This document shows positions 29,420-39,423 of a DNA stretch of 64,000 bases, one piece after another. Numbering within the stretch: position 1 is the stretch's first letter; the number at the start of each line of letters is the position of its first letter. The position numbers and the translations under genes are program-made. Source of the DNA: a virus; the IMG/VR virus record IMGVR_UViG_3300028844_004984; one strand, 5' to 3'. The notes under the pieces were generated by a model. It was not told where the DNA came from and searched no databases. It saw nothing but the letters and a program-made list of their open reading frames with translations.

Positions 29420-29908
29420 ATGGCACAATTATTAGACCCAACTGAAGTAATGTTCACATCATTCGAACCGAAGATGTCGAACCGCTTTATTATGTATGTA
29501 GAAGGAATTCCGGCATATTTAATTAAAGCAGCCAACAGACCTGAGATAACCAATGGTAAAGTTACCGTTGACCATATCAATGTAAGACGATATGTAAAAG
29601 GAAGAAGTGAGTGGAGTGATTTGAGTATTTCATTATACGACCCAGTAGTTCCATCAGCAGCGCAAGCAGCAATGGAGTGGGTAAGACTACACCACGAATC
29701 GGTAACTGGTCGTGATGGATACTCTGATTTCTACAAAAAAGATATCACATTCAATAGTTTGGGTCCTGTTGGTGATAAAGTAGAAGAGTGGACACTTAAA
29801 GGAGCTTACATTCAGACAGCAAAATTCTCAGATATGGATTACACTGGTGAAGATTTAGCAACCGTAGATTTAACACTTACATACGATTACGCAATACTAC
29901 AATACTAA
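29420..29908 (+). CDS. Tail tube protein (T4 gp19-like)
   Basis: Follows the sheath; NRF, W..LSISLYD, YKKDI, EEWTLKGA, LTYD. Confidence 0.9.
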   Translation: MAQLLDPTEVMFTSFEPKMSNRFIMYVEGIPAYLIKAANRPEITNGKVTVDHINVRRYVKGRSEWSDLSISLYDPVVPSAAQAAMEWVRLHHESVTGRDGYSDFYKKDITFNSLGPVGDKVEEWTLKGAYIQTAKFSDMDYTGEDLATVDLTLTYDYAILQY

Positions 29909-29940
29909 TTCGGATTGTAATAAATACAAATTGGTAATTG

Positions 29941-29970
29941 AAAGTCCTCAGCATTTTGTTGGGGATTTTT
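29941..29970 (+). terminator. Intrinsic terminator
   Basis: GTCCTCAGCA-TTT-TGTTGGGGAT followed by TTTT. Confidence 0.75.
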
Positions 29971-29992
29971 CATTTATAAAGTAATAGTTACA

Positions 29993-30000
29993 TATTTATA
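29993..30000 (+). promoter_or_regulatory. Putative late promoter TATTTATA
   Basis: Exact octamer. Confidence 0.6.
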
Positions 30001-30041
30001 TATGGTTAACAAATATAGTTTTAAAACAAAAGAGTAATGTT

Positions 30042-30929
30042 ATGAGCGAAGAAAAGCAATTACAAGATGAGTACACCGCACCAGCATCCAATAAGGATAT
30101 GGTGGAGATGGCTAAACAACAATACGAGCAACAGAAGGTAGTTGATTACAAATTTCCTACCGAAATAGTAGAGTTACCATCCAAAGGATTAATTTATCCA
30201 AAAGAAAGTCCGCTATCATCGGGCAAAGTGGAAATGAAATATATGACCGCAAAAGAAGAGGATATTCTAACAACACAATCATATATCAAAGATGGTTCAG
30301 TTTTAGACCGGCTATTCCAATCTCTTATTATTTCAAATGGTGAGGGTGTTCCAGTTAAATACGTTGATATTACAATGGGTGATAAAAACGCAGTAATGAT
30401 TGCGGCTAGAATTTTAGGTTATGGAAAGGATTACGAAGTTGAGATTGATGACCCAACCTCACCTGGTGATAAGCAAAAAGATGTTATTGATTTAACTCAA
30501 TTTGAAGCAGTTGAGTATGATGGTTCTAATCAAACAAAGTTACATAGTAACGAATTTGAGTTTGAATTACCACAATCTAAAAGAAAAGTAACATTTCAGG
30601 CATTAACAGAAAGTAAAGAACGTAAAATTAAGCATCAATTGGAAGATTCTAAAAAAGCGGCAAGACGTATGAAGGATACTACCGATAGACAACTTACAAC
30701 GAGATTAAAGAATACAATTACATCAATCGATGGTGAAACTGACCAGAAGATGATAAACGAATTTGTGGATAACGAACTATTTGCGGTGGATTCAAGAGCC
30801 CTCAGAGCGCATATAAACACAGTTGTTCCAGATATTGACTTAACATATGAATTTGTATCTGAGGAAACTGGGGAAAGGAGAGAAATGCTACTGCCGATGG
30901 ATTTAGGGTTTTTTTGGCCTCAATCCTAA
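30042..30929 (+). CDS. Baseplate hub assembly/tail chaperone (T4 gp26-like)
   Basis: VELPSKG..Y, MTAKEEDIL, AARILGYG, ends GFFWP. Confidence 0.75.
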   Translation: MSEEKQLQDEYTAPASNKDMVEMAKQQYEQQKVVDYKFPTEIVELPSKGLIYPKESPLSSGKVEMKYMTAKEEDILTTQSYIKDGSVLDRLFQSLIISNGEGVPVKYVDITMGDKNAVMIAARILGYGKDYEVEIDDPTSPGDKQKDVIDLTQFEAVEYDGSNQTKLHSNEFEFELPQSKRKVTFQALTESKERKIKHQLEDSKKAARRMKDTTDRQLTTRLKNTITSIDGETDQKMINEFVDNELFAVDSRALRAHINTVVPDIDLTYEFVSEETGERREMLLPMDLGFFWPQS

Positions 30930-31122
30930 TTATAGAAAGCAGTTACATTCTCACATCTTTGATTTAATCTATCATGGAAATGGTGGATTTACTTGGAATG
31001 ATGTTTACAATATGCCTGTTTGGGCTAGAACATTTTACATCAGTAAAATTGTAGAGTTCAAAGAAGCTGAAAAGAAGGCATATGATAAGGAAATGAAAAA
31101 AGCAAAAGGTAAACGAAGATAA
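30907..31122 (+). CDS. T4 gp51-like baseplate hub assembly domain without a start codon; probably reached by frameshift from the upstream gene
   Basis: Frame opens after TAG at 30904: GFFGLNPNYRKQLHSHIFDLIYHGNGGFTWNDVYNMPVWARTFYISKI...; first ATG is at 31012. Confidence 0.65.
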   Translation, partial: GFFGLNPNYRKQLHSHIFDLIYHGNGGFTWNDVYNMPVWARTFYISKIVEFKEAEKKAYDKEMKKAKGKRR

Positions 31123-31156
31123 TAGAGATACCCAACAATTTTGTTGGGTATTTCTA
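31123..31156 (+). terminator. Long hairpin, terminator-like
   Basis: TAGAGATACCCAACAA/TTGTTGGGTATTTCTA. Confidence 0.7.
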
Positions 31157-31164
31157 TATTTATA
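31157..31164 (+). promoter_or_regulatory. Putative late promoter TATTTATA
   Basis: Exact octamer. Confidence 0.6.
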
Positions 31165-31191
31165 CTATATACAACCAATGGAGTACCCAAT

Positions 31192-31422
31192 ATGGCGACA
31201 ATAAAAGAATCACAATTAAGGAAGATATTCAAAGAGTATGGAATATCCGATGGTGTGTTTGATATCTTTAACAAAAAAAGAAAGAAGTTAAAGAAGCAAC
31301 TGAAACAAACCAGAGATGATATAGAAGATACTATACAATCTGCACCAAAAGACCAACAAGCGAAACTAAAAGATTTGGCAAATGCGTTTGATAAAGCGTA
31401 TGATGCTGGTGTATTCAAATAA
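31192..31422 (+). CDS. Small hypothetical protein
   Basis: SD GGAG before ATG; MATIKESQLRKIFKEY... Confidence 0.6.
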   Translation: MATIKESQLRKIFKEYGISDGVFDIFNKKRKKLKKQLKQTRDDIEDTIQSAPKDQQAKLKDLANAFDKAYDAGVFK

Positions 31423-31432
31423 GACTCAATAA

Positions 31433-34099
31433 ATGGCGGATGATAAGAATAAAAGTTTAAAAGAGAGAAAAGCTCTTCTACAAGCTGAGTATGATTTCAC
31501 TCAGAAACTTATCGCTGCCGCTAACACTACAAGAGCACTATCTAATAAAGCTAATGAAAGTAAGACTGAGTTACTGACTCAACTTGCACAAGAGCAAGAT
31601 TTAAAAACTAAAATATCTAATATAGATGATGCAATTGAGACTATGCTCAAAGAGCAGGTTGAGAGAGGTGATGAGGTCAACCAACACTACATCAGCCAGT
31701 TAGAATCAATGAAAAAGATTTTACAAGATAAAGATAAAGAAAAAGAAATAGAAGAACAGCTGAATGGATTTCGTCAGGACGCAAACGATAATCTATACAC
31801 CAGTTTGGGTACGATGGGTGATATGCTTAAAGCAGGTACAGCTCTTGGTGCTGCTATGGCATTGTTTAAAGGATTAACCGAACAAGTCGGAGCGGCATTT
31901 CAAAATACAATCGGATTCGCATCAGAGTTAAACCAAACGTTGGGTTTGAATGGCGCGGAGGCGATGAGAATGGGATTCGAAAACTTATCACCATCGATTA
32001 TTTTCTCCAGGTTTAGTGTAGAGGAGTTGAATGCCGCAACTAAGAGTTTCGCAGAAACTATGGGTACAACTGCTGGGTTAACGAACAACATTCGTAACTC
32101 AATGGCAGAGATGACCAAATTTGGTGTTGGTGGGGATGATGCAGCTAAGTTAGCACAATCATTTGATAGCGCTACTGGTGATTCTAAACAACTAACCACC
32201 GAAATCAAAAATATGGCTAAAGATGCCGGTGTATTAGCGAGTACCACATTCAAAGATTTAGCATCTCAGCAGAGGTTGATAGTGGGTATGACTGAAAAGG
32301 AAATAAAATTACTTGCTAAGAAAACAATCGAAATAAATAAGCAAGGATTGGCACTTGGTGATATGAAAGATATCTCTGATAGTATGATGGATATCGAAAG
32401 TTCTATGAAAGCTCAATCAAAGGCCAGAGTGATGTTGCAGGGTAAACTTACTCAGGAGCAAATAAATGGTATGACCGCTATGAATGCGGCAGCTCTTGAG
32501 TTCCAAAGAACTGGCGATGAAAGCGCACTTTTAGATTCATTGAAGCAAACTAATATGACCGCTGAGCAATTTAAGGAATTGGGTCCGAGAGGACAAGAAG
32601 TATACGCTACATCCATTGGTATGAGTGCGGATAAGTTAGCAGAGATGATTCAAAAGCAAGAACAAGCTCAGAAGATTGAAGAATCGGGTGTGTTCGGTAA
32701 AGCAGCAGCTGGTGCATTGGAGATGTGGGAAAGAATACCTGGTGGTTTGAAAGAAGCAACTACTGGTTTGATTGCATATATTGCACAAATGGCTATTCTA
32801 AATACTATGCAAGGTAGGGGTACTGGTTTGGGTAACCTAAATCCATTTAAGAAAAAAGGTGGAGGTGGTGGTGTACCAGGAATGGATGCTACTCAAGATG
32901 CTGGTGGACAAGCAGGACAAGCAGCACAAGGTAGTGGAGGTGGATTAAAATCACTTGCAGAAGGTTTAAGAGAAATGGGTGATGGTAAAGTATTCGCAGG
33001 TATTGGTGCAGTTGCATTAGCAGGACCTGCGTTCATATTAGCACTCCCATCAATTCCATTCTTATTATTTATGGGTAAGGTTAAACTAAAAGCATTAGAA
33101 GAAAACTTTAGTGGATTGGGTAAAGGTTTAGCTGAAATGCCACAGGGAGCACTGGGTGCGTTAACAATGATGTTAGTTGGACCTGCACTCGCGATGGGAA
33201 CGTTAGCCATCCCATTCCTATTGTTCATGTCCATACCGGGTATCGGACCACTAATGCAGGCGAACTTTACCGCATTAGCAGCGGGACTGGCAGCATTTGG
33301 TAATCCGGGTACGGCGGTGTTCGTATTGATTGGTATTGGTTTGATGGCAGCATTGGGTGTAGCTATGATTCCATTCGCATTCTCACTATCTCTACTCACC
33401 CCATTATTAGAAGCATTTGGTAATGTTGTGGTAGGTGTGATGGGAGCGATACCACCAATCATTCAGGCGATAGCAGATGGGTTCGTAACGATGTTCGGGG
33501 CAATAACACCAGAAACTGTGCTTGGATTGATGATGTTGGGACCAGCACTAACATTAGCATCATTTGGTATGATAGCATTTTCAACAGCACTATTGGCTGG
33601 TGGTATAATGTCATTCTTTGGTGGTGGTTTGGTAGATGATATTGTGAGATTGGGTACTGTTGGGCCTGGTGTTAAAGCAGCAGGAGATGGATTGGCATCG
33701 GTAGCTGAAAACATAGGAGTAATTACAAGCTCTATGAGTGGGTTGGGTGATTTGGTAACACCACTCTACGCACTATCTGGTGGATTATACTCAATAAGTG
33801 GTGGGTTGATAGCAATCGCTGGTGCGGGGTTATTGGCATTACCAACATTCGCAGCACTGCAAGGATTGGCAGCTATAGCTCCTGTACTAACTGGACTGGG
33901 TGAGTTCTTTGGTATGGGTGGTGATTCTGCTGAAGTAGAGAGTAGTGATAGTTCAGATAAAGAGTTGTTAGAAGAGATAAAAGGGTTGCGTAGCGATATT
34001 AAAGCACAGCCGATTGTACTCAACATTGATGGTAAGGCAGTTCAAAAAATTACAAGAGTACAAAGTAGACAGGGTGTATCAACAAGAGGATTTAGCTAA
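31433..34099 (+). CDS. Tail tape measure protein
   Basis: Long helical Ala/Gly/Met-rich ORF with a hydrophobic C-terminal half; ends IVLNIDGKAV; follows tube and chaperone genes. Confidence 0.85.
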   Translation: MADDKNKSLKERKALLQAEYDFTQKLIAAANTTRALSNKANESKTELLTQLAQEQDLKTKISNIDDAIETMLKEQVERGDEVNQHYISQLESMKKILQDKDKEKEIEEQLNGFRQDANDNLYTSLGTMGDMLKAGTALGAAMALFKGLTEQVGAAFQNTIGFASELNQTLGLNGAEAMRMGFENLSPSIIFSRFSVEELNAATKSFAETMGTTAGLTNNIRNSMAEMTKFGVGGDDAAKLAQSFDSATGDSKQLTTEIKNMAKDAGVLASTTFKDLASQQRLIVGMTEKEIKLLAKKTIEINKQGLALGDMKDISDSMMDIESSMKAQSKARVMLQGKLTQEQINGMTAMNAAALEFQRTGDESALLDSLKQTNMTAEQFKELGPRGQEVYATSIGMSADKLAEMIQKQEQAQKIEESGVFGKAAAGALEMWERIPGGLKEATTGLIAYIAQMAILNTMQGRGTGLGNLNPFKKKGGGGGVPGMDATQDAGGQAGQAAQGSGGGLKSLAEGLREMGDGKVFAGIGAVALAGPAFILALPSIPFLLFMGKVKLKALEENFSGLGKGLAEMPQGALGALTMMLVGPALAMGTLAIPFLLFMSIPGIGPLMQANFTALAAGLAAFGNPGTAVFVLIGIGLMAALGVAMIPFAFSLSLLTPLLEAFGNVVVGVMGAIPPIIQAIADGFVTMFGAITPETVLGLMMLGPALTLASFGMIAFSTALLAGGIMSFFGGGLVDDIVRLGTVGPGVKAAGDGLASVAENIGVITSSMSGLGDLVTPLYALSGGLYSISGGLIAIAGAGLLALPTFAALQGLAAIAPVLTGLGEFFGMGGDSAEVESSDSSDKELLEEIKGLRSDIKAQPIVLNIDGKAVQKITRVQSRQGVSTRGFS

Positions 34100-37000
34100 T
34101 GGCACTAAAAGATATGAAATCGGATTTATCCAAGTTTAGAATGCCAAAGAAAGAACCTTTGGAATCTAAGAAGAGAGAGGATATAAAATCAAAGCAGAAT
34201 CAAACACCATTGAGTTCATTGGTAGATTCAGCGCCAAAAATCCCACGTTCTCAAACAACAACAAATAAAGAGGGTGTAAACCCAAACAAAATTCAGCAGG
34301 GTGATAAGTTCAAAGGTGAAACATCAGCAACACCCATAGATAACTCAGAGAAGTTCAAAGGTGAAACTACACCCACTCGAATGAGTTTAGAACAAAGATA
34401 TTTAGGTCAGACTACACCAGAGAAGATGGATAATTCACCAAACTACTTAGGTGAAACAAATCCACAGCAGATGGATAACTCAGAAAAGTTTTTAGGGGAA
34501 ACTACACCAAATAAGTTGGATAGTTCCGAAAGATTCTTAGGCGAAACCAACCCCACTCCAATGGATAACTCAGAGGGGTTCTTAGGAGAAACTACCCCTA
34601 AGCCAATGAGTTTGGAAGAAAGATATTTGGGTGAAACAACACCAAACCCTTCTAACTTAGAATCAAAATTCTTAGGAGAGACTACACCAAACCCATCTGA
34701 TTTGGAATCAAAATTTTTAGGTGAAACAGACCAATCAAAGTTTGATAACTCATCTAACTACTTAGGTGAAACGGACCAATCAAAGTTTGATAACTCATCT
34801 AACTACTTAGGTGAAACAACACCAACTGAGATGAACAATGAATCTCAGTATTTGGGCGAGACAACCCCAAACTCAGCAGTACCTATATCTCAGTATTTGG
34901 GTGAGACAACACCAACACCATCTGATTTACAATCTAGATTCTTAGGTGAAACAACACCTACCACTATGAATCTTTCACCTAACTTTTTGGGTGAAACAAC
35001 ACCATCCCCATTTAAGGTTCGTTCGAACAAAGATGAGCAGGCAACTGAACCTAAGTTTGTAAACTTTATTGTGGATTCTGATGGTAAAGGATTCTCACCA
35101 TATCAGAAACCAATGAACAACTCAACGTTTATTGGTGTAGACCCATCACAAACACAATTTGATGGAATCACACCACTAACGGGTCAGTTCACTCTGAAGA
35201 AGTATGGAGTAACGCTACAAAGTGATAATGGTATCAAAGATAACTACTCAGATAAGGTACTAAAAAGTACATACAATAAGTTTAGCTTAAAGGAGGATTC
35301 TTATAACTCATCTATCTTTAAGCAACCATTTATCCTAAGTGGTATACAAAGGAAGAAGGGAGAACCACAGACACTTGGGATTGGTTCGTTCTCATTCATC
35401 AGAGGTGGTGCTGTTACATCAACCGCTAGAGCGGCAATTGATTTAGTTAGGATTGGAAAGTTCCTATTGACACCACGTGGTGTAACTTGGGGATTGAAAC
35501 AGGCCGCATTACAAGCTACAAACCCAAATGTTGAAGGTGCTAGTTTAACTAAGATTTGGACACCTGCTGGTTTACTATCAGCAGTTGGGGGAAACCACTT
35601 AGGATTACACCCACGTAGACATGGTAATTCACTAACACCACTTCCAGAGGCAGTTGGGCCTGAAAAGTATGAATCAATACTAAAAACAAAAGGATTAACT
35701 CAAATTGGTGATTTGGCATTGGGTGCTCCTGTAACTGGAAACCGACTGATTCAACTGTATAATGAATCATTTGTGATTGCTGGAACTACCAACTCATCAA
35801 ATAGCTTTATTGGAGCACCATTTGTTACTTTGGGTGGACCTGGTGGTATAAATTCAGTATATGGTATTATTCCTGGTGGGAAGTTTGCAAAACGTGGTGA
35901 TAACACTCGGAGCAAACCATTCACTGGGTATACTGCACAAACGCAATACAATCCAATAGATAACGACCCATCGACCGCGCCAACAGCAGGTCCGCTGGCA
36001 TCGTTACCATTTGATAGAGATAATAGTTCAATTGGTAAACTTATAAAAGAACCAAAAGAATTCAAACCACTCAGAGCACCAGCTTCAGACCCAAATGATG
36101 AGGGTAACTCAAAAGTAGGTGAGGTACATAATGAAGATAATACTTATGATAACGCTGTTAACGAAGGTTCAACAAAAGGTAACAGCTTAGAGAGTATATA
36201 CAATGATTATGTAGAAAAAGAAGGTAAACAACCACTTAACTCAGAAGAAACTCACACTGGTAATGATTCACCATTCAATAAAAAAATAGTAACTGAAGGT
36301 GAGTTGCACGGGAATGAAAGTTTCAATAAATCTGAGTTGATTAAAAGCTATGAGACTGTACCATATGGTAAGCTTCCAAAAAGAATTGCAGGTGATACTG
36401 AAATAAACGATTTTAGAAATCTACTCAATGATGGTACTAATAAAAAAATAGCTGAGTTGGATGATTACAAAGATTACAATCAGGACAAAAGAGTTAATTT
36501 TTCTAGTCCAGGTAAGATAGGCCCTAATGAAGATAGAGCAACTTGGTACAACACAAACAAAGCATTTGGTGGAAATACTGATAGATGGGATAAAATACAA
36601 GCATCTGAAATAGGTTCTGATGAAATAAATGATTTGGTACATTTGTGGTTTACTGAAGCTGATGGTGGAAGTAGAATACAATTCAGAGGTGCTGTTAGTG
36701 GTATTACAGAAACATTCTCACCATCTTGGGATTCTTTTAAATATAATGGTAGAGCAGACCAAGCATATAAGTACAGCACATTTGAACGTAGTTTATCATT
36801 TAATCTTCAGGTATACGCTACATCTAGAGTTGAGATGAAGCCAATATGGCAAAAGTTAGAAAGATTATCTACAATGACTATGCCTCAATATGGAACAAAC
36901 GGATATCAAGGTACATTAGTTAGATTCAGATTGGGTAATTTATATGGTACAAAGGCATCAGGAAAGTTGGCATTCATTGAATCTCTATCGTACACAATCT

Positions 37001-37149
37001 CTGATGAAACACCTTGGGAAATCTCAATGTTAGGTTCAAACGAGTACATTGGTGAATTACCTATGGGTATTGATGTTGCGATTGGGTTGAAGATATTGGG
37101 TGATAACTTACCTGAGTATGCTAGTAAGGTGTACGATACTAATTTTTAA
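34099..37149 (+). CDS. Baseplate/tube-initiator protein with N-terminal 15-aa repeat array
   Basis: C-terminal FRG..SGITETFSPSW..KYNGRAD...FERSLSF..P tube-initiator-like domain. Confidence 0.65.
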   Translation: MALKDMKSDLSKFRMPKKEPLESKKREDIKSKQNQTPLSSLVDSAPKIPRSQTTTNKEGVNPNKIQQGDKFKGETSATPIDNSEKFKGETTPTRMSLEQRYLGQTTPEKMDNSPNYLGETNPQQMDNSEKFLGETTPNKLDSSERFLGETNPTPMDNSEGFLGETTPKPMSLEERYLGETTPNPSNLESKFLGETTPNPSDLESKFLGETDQSKFDNSSNYLGETDQSKFDNSSNYLGETTPTEMNNESQYLGETTPNSAVPISQYLGETTPTPSDLQSRFLGETTPTTMNLSPNFLGETTPSPFKVRSNKDEQATEPKFVNFIVDSDGKGFSPYQKPMNNSTFIGVDPSQTQFDGITPLTGQFTLKKYGVTLQSDNGIKDNYSDKVLKSTYNKFSLKEDSYNSSIFKQPFILSGIQRKKGEPQTLGIGSFSFIRGGAVTSTARAAIDLVRIGKFLLTPRGVTWGLKQAALQATNPNVEGASLTKIWTPAGLLSAVGGNHLGLHPRRHGNSLTPLPEAVGPEKYESILKTKGLTQIGDLALGAPVTGNRLIQLYNESFVIAGTTNSSNSFIGAPFVTLGGPGGINSVYGIIPGGKFAKRGDNTRSKPFTGYTAQTQYNPIDNDPSTAPTAGPLASLPFDRDNSSIGKLIKEPKEFKPLRAPASDPNDEGNSKVGEVHNEDNTYDNAVNEGSTKGNSLESIYNDYVEKEGKQPLNSEETHTGNDSPFNKKIVTEGELHGNESFNKSELIKSYETVPYGKLPKRIAGDTEINDFRNLLNDGTNKKIAELDDYKDYNQDKRVNFSSPGKIGPNEDRATWYNTNKAFGGNTDRWDKIQASEIGSDEINDLVHLWFTEADGGSRIQFRGAVSGITETFSPSWDSFKYNGRADQAYKYSTFERSLSFNLQVYATSRVEMKPIWQKLERLSTMTMPQYGTNGYQGTLVRFRLGNLYGTKASGKLAFIESLSYTISDETPWEISMLGSNEYIGELPMGIDVAIGLKILGDNLPEYASKVYDTNF
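34306..35013 (+). repeat. Coding tandem repeat, 45 bp/15 aa unit, 16 copies ((F/Y)LGETTP core)
   Basis: Counted in the translation; two near-identical 45-bp units at 34717-34806. Confidence 0.9.
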
Positions 37150-37160
37150 ATCATTAAATT

Positions 37161-37460
37161 ATGCCGAATAGATACGATAAAATAGAAATCCTAAAGACCG
37201 ATAACGGGAAACGATACAGAAAAACTGTAAAATATCCAGAGATGTTACGCACTTCTAGAGATACTTACATCATATCAAGACAGGGTGATAGGTTAGATAA
37301 TCTTGCCTACAAATACTACAATGATTCTAGATTGTGGTGGATATTAGCGAGAGCTAACAACTTGGGTAAGGGTGATTTGGAAGTTCCTATTGGGATTCAA
37401 CTTAGGATTCCAGCGGAATACATAAAGATATATGATGAATACATAGAGTTGAACAAATAA
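37161..37460 (+). CDS. LysM-like baseplate wedge protein (gp53/tail X-like)
   Basis: GDRLDNLAYKYYNDSRLWWILARAN....G.QLRIP. Confidence 0.8.
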   Translation: MPNRYDKIEILKTDNGKRYRKTVKYPEMLRTSRDTYIISRQGDRLDNLAYKYYNDSRLWWILARANNLGKGDLEVPIGIQLRIPAEYIKIYDEYIELNK

Positions 37461-37473
37461 GGTTAAATAAGTT

Positions 37474-39423
37474 ATGTCAGATTTCGATAAGGATTTTCCA
37501 GGAGAAGTATCAGCAGAGTTGGATAGAAGAGCAACTTTTGTTGAAACTAAATCTATAGAATGGAATTACGATAAATATTGTTGGGTAAATATGAAAGCCA
37601 CTGGTAATAGTACCACTGTATTTTGTTCAACCGAAGGTAACCAAGTTGGGGATCCTGGTATTAGAAGTGGACACTTAGACCTATATGATAGCGAAGGTGG
37701 TGTTAGAAAATTTAAACCCCAATTAAAATCGGTAAAAATTACCAATCAAGGTGCACAAGATTACGCAGATTCCTTTATATATGAAGTGGAGGCATCGTTC
37801 ACACTATATACATTAGCTCAGCTAGAGGAGTTTGATGCTAGTTACTTTAGAGTTGGGGCAGAAGTTGAATTTAATTTTGGATGGGAAGGTTACACCGATA
37901 CCACTAATAGAGGAACCGTTACAGCGAACGTATATAATTTTGGATTTACTCTGGCGGATGATGGTTCATTTGATTGTAATATAAAATGTATGTCTGCTGC
38001 TGGATTATGGTCATCCGATGATATGGGTGGTATAACCAAAGATAAGGAGGGTGATGAAGATTCTGAGGAGGACCCGTACGCAGATTTCATAAAAGAACTC
38101 CAAAAGGGATTTAGAAGAGCGTTCGGTTTGGAGGATGATGAAGGACCAGATTCAATAGATGATTTAGGTAATAACAAATTACGGTATGCCTTTAAGACTG
38201 GATTAGATTATGGTACGGGTGTATTTTTTGCAGGAGAAATTGTAACAGCTCCAGGATGGATTAATGATGATGAAACGTATGTGGGTTACACAAACATAGA
38301 TACTCTCATAAGGTATTTAAACTATAAAGCTAAGGGTACTGATAGTATTTACACCTATGAAGTGGGTACGGGTGATATTGGCACATTCCCAAAAATAAGT
38401 GCAATTGGGTGTGCAGACCCAAGAAAATTTATAATACCTGGCGCACAGGGTTCCTATGGGGATACCAATGATGATAGCTTTGGTGATGGTGATTATGCAC
38501 TTAATTTTTCTAAATGGGGTAACCAACTTGAAGCAGCTTCTAATGCGGGAGTAGCAACATCAGATATCGGTAAAATCGCCGTATCAATACAGTATCTAAA
38601 TTCAGTATATAAGGATTTATCAAGTAAGGCAGGATTTAAAAATGGTGTAAAACTAAACCCTAAAGTTACGGAGTTTGTAAAAGCTGTGTTTGGTGAATTA
38701 GAATCATTAACAGGTGGGTTAATCTCACTAAACCTCATACCATTAGATTCTTCAGGCGAAGTACTAACACCAAATCAAACAATCTCAACAGGAGACCCTA
38801 TAAAGTTGGTTTTGGGAAATAAGAAAATGATTAGCAATGCCACTAAGGCAAAAGTACCAACACCATATGAGTTTGATGTTTTGGGTAAACGTTCAATTAC
38901 TAGAGGTGTTTCGTTGGATAGTGATTTTGATACAGATTTGATGATTGCAGCTACACCACAGAATGTTAAAAAGGGTACATCCAACATGGGCCCGCTTGCT
39001 AGTGGAGACGGGCCATACAAAATATGTAACCCAGTACCTAAAGATGAGCAGGGTGTTGATGAAGGAAGTAAACCACCAACTCTAAAAGAAATTGAAGATA
39101 CGAGATTACAATATGGTAATGGTGGTTTCGATGATGCAAAAGTACAATCATATGCGGAACTTTGTAGAAATTACATTCTGAGAGAATCTAGAACTGATAG
39201 TAAACTAAAGGCGGGTAGGTATGGTGAAATTCAGTTTGTGCTAAATCTAAGTGTAACTATCGATGGTGTTTGGGGAATCCCATATTTAGCACCAATTATA
39301 ATTGATAGACTGCCATCAAACTACAAACAAAATTGTATATTTAGTATCATCGGTGTAGAACATACATTTGATGGGCAGGGAGATTGGGAGACCAATATTA
39401 ACACTGTAATGAGGATGGTGTAA
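37474..39423 (+). CDS. Putative baseplate hub protein
   Basis: EFNFGW, NFGFTL.DGSFDC, LSVTIDGVWGI, FSIIGVEHT..WET; synteny. Confidence 0.6.
   Translation: MSDFDKDFPGEVSAELDRRATFVETKSIEWNYDKYCWVNMKATGNSTTVFCSTEGNQVGDPGIRSGHLDLYDSEGGVRKFKPQLKSVKITNQGAQDYADSFIYEVEASFTLYTLAQLEEFDASYFRVGAEVEFNFGWEGYTDTTNRGTVTANVYNFGFTLADDGSFDCNIKCMSAAGLWSSDDMGGITKDKEGDEDSEEDPYADFIKELQKGFRRAFGLEDDEGPDSIDDLGNNKLRYAFKTGLDYGTGVFFAGEIVTAPGWINDDETYVGYTNIDTLIRYLNYKAKGTDSIYTYEVGTGDIGTFPKISAIGCADPRKFIIPGAQGSYGDTNDDSFGDGDYALNFSKWGNQLEAASNAGVATSDIGKIAVSIQYLNSVYKDLSSKAGFKNGVKLNPKVTEFVKAVFGELESLTGGLISLNLIPLDSSGEVLTPNQTISTGDPIKLVLGNKKMISNATKAKVPTPYEFDVLGKRSITRGVSLDSDFDTDLMIAATPQNVKKGTSNMGPLASGDGPYKICNPVPKDEQGVDEGSKPPTLKEIEDTRLQYGNGGFDDAKVQSYAELCRNYILRESRTDSKLKAGRYGEIQFVLNLSVTIDGVWGIPYLAPIIIDRLPSNYKQNCIFSIIGVEHTFDGQGDWETNINTVMRMV

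Noticed and set aside
34306-35013. 45-bp periodic repeats as a CRISPR array
   Set aside because: The repeats are in frame, vary at synonymous positions and lack a constant repeat with unique spacers; no cas genes are nearby.
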